This document shows, one piece after another, positions 60,284 to 64,000 of a DNA stretch of 64,000 bases (positions are counted from its first letter, which is position 1; each line of letters opens with the position of its first letter). A program made the position numbers and the translations under genes. The notes below the pieces were generated by a model. It worked only from the letters and a program-made list of their open reading frames with translations, did no database searches and was not told where the DNA came from. This DNA comes from Candidatus Latescibacterota bacterium (GTDB lineage Bacteria; Latescibacterota; UBA2968; GCA-2709665), in the NCBI GenBank assembly GCA_965248435.1, contig OZ252100.1, positions 4,576,001 to 4,640,000 of the forward strand. Direction: 5' to 3'.

Positions 60284-63187
60284 GTGCAGACGCCCGAAAA
60301 ATCGATGATTGACATCCTGTGGATGCTGGTTGCAGCGGGTCTGGTGTTCCTGATGCAGGCGGGTTTCACGTGTCTGGAGTCCGGACTGACCCGGGCGAAG
60401 AACAGCATCAATGTGGCGGTCAAGAACCTGACCGACGTGACAATCTGTATCGTGCTGTTCTGGGCGTACGGATTCGCCCTGATGTTCGGGCAGAGCGCGG
60501 GTGGATGGATCGGGCTCACCGGCTTCTTTGCCCCAGTGGACGAAAGGACGGGTTGGCTGGGTGCGTTCTTTCTCTACGAAGCAGTCTTCTGTGGCACCGC
60601 CGTGACCATCATCTCCGGGGCTGTGGCGGAACGTATGCGATTCAAGGCCTACATTATCGTCGCCGTGGTTGTCTCGTCTCTGGTCTACCCGATCTACGGC
60701 CACTGGGCGTGGGGAGGAACCTTTCAGGGAACATCCGGTTGGCTCAAAGCCCTCGGCTTCGTCGACTTCGCGGGTTCGACCGTAGTCCACAGCCTTGGAG
60801 GCTGGATCGCCCTGGTCCTTGTGATCATCATCGGACCCCGGCGGGGTCGCTTCGGCCCGGACGGTCTGCCGCGGGAGATCGAGGGAGCCAACCTGTCGAT
60901 GTCGGTGCTGGGCGTACTAATCCTGTGGTTCGGCTGGTTCGGATTTAACGGCGGGGGTCTGTTCGGGATGAGCGAAAGGGTGCCTGGTATTCTGGCAAAC
61001 ACCTTCCTGGCGGGTGCCTCGGGTGCCATCGCCTCGCTGTCCCTTGGATGGTACGTCAAGGGACAGTCACAGGTTCGGGAGCTCATCAATGGCGTTCTGG
61101 CGGGACTCGTCGCGATCACGGCCAGCTGCCACGCCGTGAGTCCCAAGATGGCCGTACTGATTGGGGCGGTCGGCGGTGTGACGATGCTTGGGGTGAGCCA
61201 TCTGCTCGTCCGTCTTCGGGTTGACGACGCCGTAGACGCCGTGGGCGTCCACCTGGGGGCGGGGTTGTGGGGTACGCTGGCGGTCGGTTTATTCGGTGAC
61301 CTCGAACGTCTCGCCACGGGACTCACTCGCACCGAACAGATTGGCGTGCAGCTGCTCGGGGCGCTGGTCTGCGCCGTCTTAGCCTTTTGTTTCGGATCGA
61401 TCGTGTTCCGTCTGATCAACCGGTTCTACCCGTACCGCGTCACGCCCGAAGAAGAAGACCTCGGCCTCAATGTGTCCGAGCACGGTGCGGCTACGGCACT
61501 GCTCGACATGTATGAAGCGATGGACGAGCAGGCAGCGGCGGGCGACGTGTCGATGCGCCTTCCCGTGGACCCCTTCTCCGAGGCGGGCGGGATCGCGATG
61601 CACTACAACCGGGTGATGAGCGGGCTTGAGAAGACGCGGAAGGAGCTCATCAACGCGAAAGAGGCAGCCGAGCGAAGTGCGCGCGAGGCCGAGGCTGCCA
61701 ATCAGTCGAAGAGCGTCTTCCTTGCAAACGTGTCCCATGAAATCCGAACGCCGATGAATGCGATTCTGGGCTTCGCCGAGATCTTGAGCGGCCGCCTTCC
61801 TAACGAGCAGGATCGGGAGTACCTGGACTCAATCCAGGCGTCAGGGAAGTCGCTTCTCAGCATGATCAACGACATTCTCGACCTGTCCAAAGTCGAGGCC
61901 GGAAGGACTGAAGCCTTTCTCGCTCCGGTCGAGGCACATACCGTGCTGTGGGACATGGAGACCCTCTTCCGACCGGGGGCGGAAGAAAAGGGACTCGCCT
62001 TTCACGTCGAGATCGATGACGCGCTGCCCGAGGTGATGCTTCTGGACGAGGCGCTCCTCCGCCAGACGCTGCAGAACCTGATCGACAATGCGATCAAGTT
62101 CACGCACCAGGGCTACGTGAGGGTCCTGGCGAAGCCGGTCTTTGCTTCCGCTGACGACTCGCAGCTGGACCTGGTTCTAACGGTCGCCGACAGCGGCATC
62201 GGGATCGCGGAAGACCAGCGTGAAGAGATTTTCGGGACATTCAGCCAGCAGAGGGACCATGACGTGAACGTGTATAGGGGCGCCGGCCTCGGGCTGGCGA
62301 TCACCAAACGGACCGTGGAAGTGATGGGGGGCGAGATCAGGCTGACGAGCGAGGTCGGGAAAGGGAGCACGTTTACGGTCAAGATCGGAGACGTAAACGT
62401 TGCCGCTGTGCAGGATCTGGCTGCGCCGGACGAAGAGATCGATGCGAATGTCATCCGCTTTGGGCGATCGACCGTCCTTGTCGCGGACGATATCTCCGCC
62501 AATCGTCTTCTCGTGAAAGGTTACCTCGAAGAATCGCCCCTGACCGTCCTGGAAGCCGAGGATGGCTCAAAGGCGCTGGAGATGACCCGGAGGGAGCGGC
62601 CCGACCTCATCCTGATGGACATCAAGATGCCCGTACTTGACGGGTTCAAGGCCACGAGGATGCTCAAGGCGGATCCAGAACTCAGACAGATCCCTGTCAT
62701 CGCACTGACAGCGTCCGTGATGCGGGAATCAGAGGCCGAGGTCAGGGAGATCAGTGACGGCTATCTCCGAAAGCCCGTCAGTCGAGCGGACCTGATTCGC
62801 GAGCTGGTCAAGTACCTACCTCATTCATTAGATGTCGAGGAGCCCGACGCGCCCACCTCAACGCCGGAACCGGAGTCGGCGTGGTCAGGCGAGTCGCTGG
62901 ACGGGGCGACGATCGAGCGGTTGCGCAGTCTGGCGGAAGCGATTGATGCAGAACTGCACCCGGCCTGGGAAAGCGTACGAGCAGGGGCCAACGTGACGGC
63001 CGTGGAAGCCTTCGCAGATCAGGTCGAGTCGCTGATGGCGGGGTGCAGCTACCCTCCCCTGTCCGATTGGACGAAGGCGCTGAAGGCACAGGCCAGGACG
63101 TTTCAGGTGGATCTTCTTCCCCAGACACTCCACCGCTTCCCGGATCTCGTGGAGGAAATGCGGGCGTTGGGCGGAGGTGGTGCATAA
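60284..63187 (+). CDS. Ammonium transporter (Amt)-HAMP-like-histidine kinase-receiver fusion
   Basis: MQAGF..LESG..RAKN, ISGAVAER, DFAGSTVVH, WFGWFGFN, DDAVDAVGVH and EEEDLGLNVSEHG (Amt); FLANVSHEIRTPMN and GAGLGL (kinase); LMDIKMP (REC). Confidence 0.93.
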   Translation: MQTPEKSMIDILWMLVAAGLVFLMQAGFTCLESGLTRAKNSINVAVKNLTDVTICIVLFWAYGFALMFGQSAGGWIGLTGFFAPVDERTGWLGAFFLYEAVFCGTAVTIISGAVAERMRFKAYIIVAVVVSSLVYPIYGHWAWGGTFQGTSGWLKALGFVDFAGSTVVHSLGGWIALVLVIIIGPRRGRFGPDGLPREIEGANLSMSVLGVLILWFGWFGFNGGGLFGMSERVPGILANTFLAGASGAIASLSLGWYVKGQSQVRELINGVLAGLVAITASCHAVSPKMAVLIGAVGGVTMLGVSHLLVRLRVDDAVDAVGVHLGAGLWGTLAVGLFGDLERLATGLTRTEQIGVQLLGALVCAVLAFCFGSIVFRLINRFYPYRVTPEEEDLGLNVSEHGAATALLDMYEAMDEQAAAGDVSMRLPVDPFSEAGGIAMHYNRVMSGLEKTRKELINAKEAAERSAREAEAANQSKSVFLANVSHEIRTPMNAILGFAEILSGRLPNEQDREYLDSIQASGKSLLSMINDILDLSKVEAGRTEAFLAPVEAHTVLWDMETLFRPGAEEKGLAFHVEIDDALPEVMLLDEALLRQTLQNLIDNAIKFTHQGYVRVLAKPVFASADDSQLDLVLTVADSGIGIAEDQREEIFGTFSQQRDHDVNVYRGAGLGLAITKRTVEVMGGEIRLTSEVGKGSTFTVKIGDVNVAAVQDLAAPDEEIDANVIRFGRSTVLVADDISANRLLVKGYLEESPLTVLEAEDGSKALEMTRRERPDLILMDIKMPVLDGFKATRMLKADPELRQIPVIALTASVMRESEAEVREISDGYLRKPVSRADLIRELVKYLPHSLDVEEPDAPTSTPEPESAWSGESLDGATIERLRSLAEAIDAELHPAWESVRAGANVTAVEAFADQVESLMAGCSYPPLSDWTKALKAQARTFQVDLLPQTLHRFPDLVEEMRALGGGGA

Positions 63188-63216
63188 AGACGGAGCGTGA
63201 GGAGTCTGGAGCATCT

Positions 63217-64000
63217 GTGAAATCGAAAACGATAAAAAAATCAACAGTTAGTATCGCTTGCTTATTCATCCTGACAGATTTCATGCCTTCGTTGGCGGCA
63301 GAATCAGACGATTCACTCAAGGTGGATCAAATGTATAGTCTGAGCTTGGAACAACTGATGCAGGTCCGCGTTGTAACCGCCTCCAGGCGAACTCAAAGGA
63401 TTAGTGAGGCCCCCTCTATCATTTCAGCTTTTGGCCGGCAGGACATCGACAACATGTCGGTGACCTCCCTCATTGACGTGATTAAACACGCACCAGGCAT
63501 AGAAACGAGCATGGATCCCGATGGTCATTGGCGGGTCTCCATTCGCGGGGTGCGCAAAGATGGCAATATATTGCTGTTGATTGATGGTCAGCCCTTCAAT
63601 GACTTCTACGATGGGCGTGCACTGTTTGACTTGCCCACTGAATTTATCGATAGAATTGAAATTATCCGTGGGCCTGGCTCAGCCTTGTATGGCACCAATG
63701 CAGTGGCTGGCATTATTAATGTCTTTACCATACAAGAACAAAATAGAGCCAGCCTCAGTATTGGCAATAACACCACCTACAGAACAAGTTTCAGCCACCA
63801 CACAGAATTCGGCAATGAGGCCATCCTGTCGATTAGTGTTGGTGCCTCTGATACCGATGGCGCCAATGTCACCGATGACCAGGACTCTGCTGACGGCTTC
63901 GGTCTCGATACAGGCACCACCAACCGTCACAAAAGGGAACTCTTTTTAACCACTGCCTACAGCCAAAACAATCTCAAACTGTCATTAATGGGATTTAGAC
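63217..64000 (+). CDS. TonB-dependent receptor, N-terminal plug (runs off the window)
   Basis: Absent from the ORF track. Manual translation gives a signal peptide, SLSLEQLMQVRVVTASRRTQRISEAPS, SIRG, LLLIDG and IDRIEIIRGPGSALYGTNAVAGIINVFT. Confidence 0.9.
   Translation, partial: MKSKTIKKSTVSIACLFILTDFMPSLAAESDDSLKVDQMYSLSLEQLMQVRVVTASRRTQRISEAPSIISAFGRQDIDNMSVTSLIDVIKHAPGIETSMDPDGHWRVSIRGVRKDGNILLLIDGQPFNDFYDGRALFDLPTEFIDRIEIIRGPGSALYGTNAVAGIINVFTIQEQNRASLSIGNNTTYRTSFSHHTEFGNEAILSISVGASDTDGANVTDDQDSADGFGLDTGTTNRHKRELFLTTAYSQNNLKLSLMGFR

Larger units (their letters stand above)
48105..64000. mobile_element. Decayed tRNA-Thr-linked genomic island (right end not in the window)
   Basis: Integrase next to the tRNA, visibly AT-richer DNA at about 48200-50700 and 63200-64000, phage and recombinase remnants, and accessory signalling cargo. 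No second att copy seen. Confidence 0.65.

Overview
GC-rich bacterial chromosomal window in two parts. The GWxTD protein, dockerin-like C-terminal motif and Big_5 lipoprotein suggest an FCB-group organism such as Latescibacterota; this is inference only. Positions 1-48100 hold core and metabolic genes: aceE divergent from a 2-oxoacid:ferredoxin oxidoreductase pair, topA-xerC, nfi, UbiA-family/ubiX, DinG, a short RelA/SpoT homolog, queA, ispDF, ddl and cysS. The intergenic spaces carry many small repeats: three (TGGAGTAA)n fold-back elements, REP-like hairpins, heptamer repeats and a 509-bp ISL3-like MITE with an 8-bp target duplication. From tRNA-Thr(TGT) at 48032 to the window end lies a decayed integrative island. 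It carries a 5'-truncated tyrosine integrase, phage-like remnants and a serine-recombinase stub, followed by a signalling cluster. The cluster comprises a CHASE-PAS kinase with a NarL-type regulator, a stand-alone receiver, an NMT1::REC deletion chimera, a YfiR-like/coiled-coil hybrid kinase, an ammonium-transporter (Amt)-histidine-kinase-receiver fusion and a TonB-dependent receptor. The best candidates for novel biology are this modular trans-envelope/ammonium signalling cluster and the octamer fold-back repeat family. All family calls come from motif recognition by eye; no searches were run.
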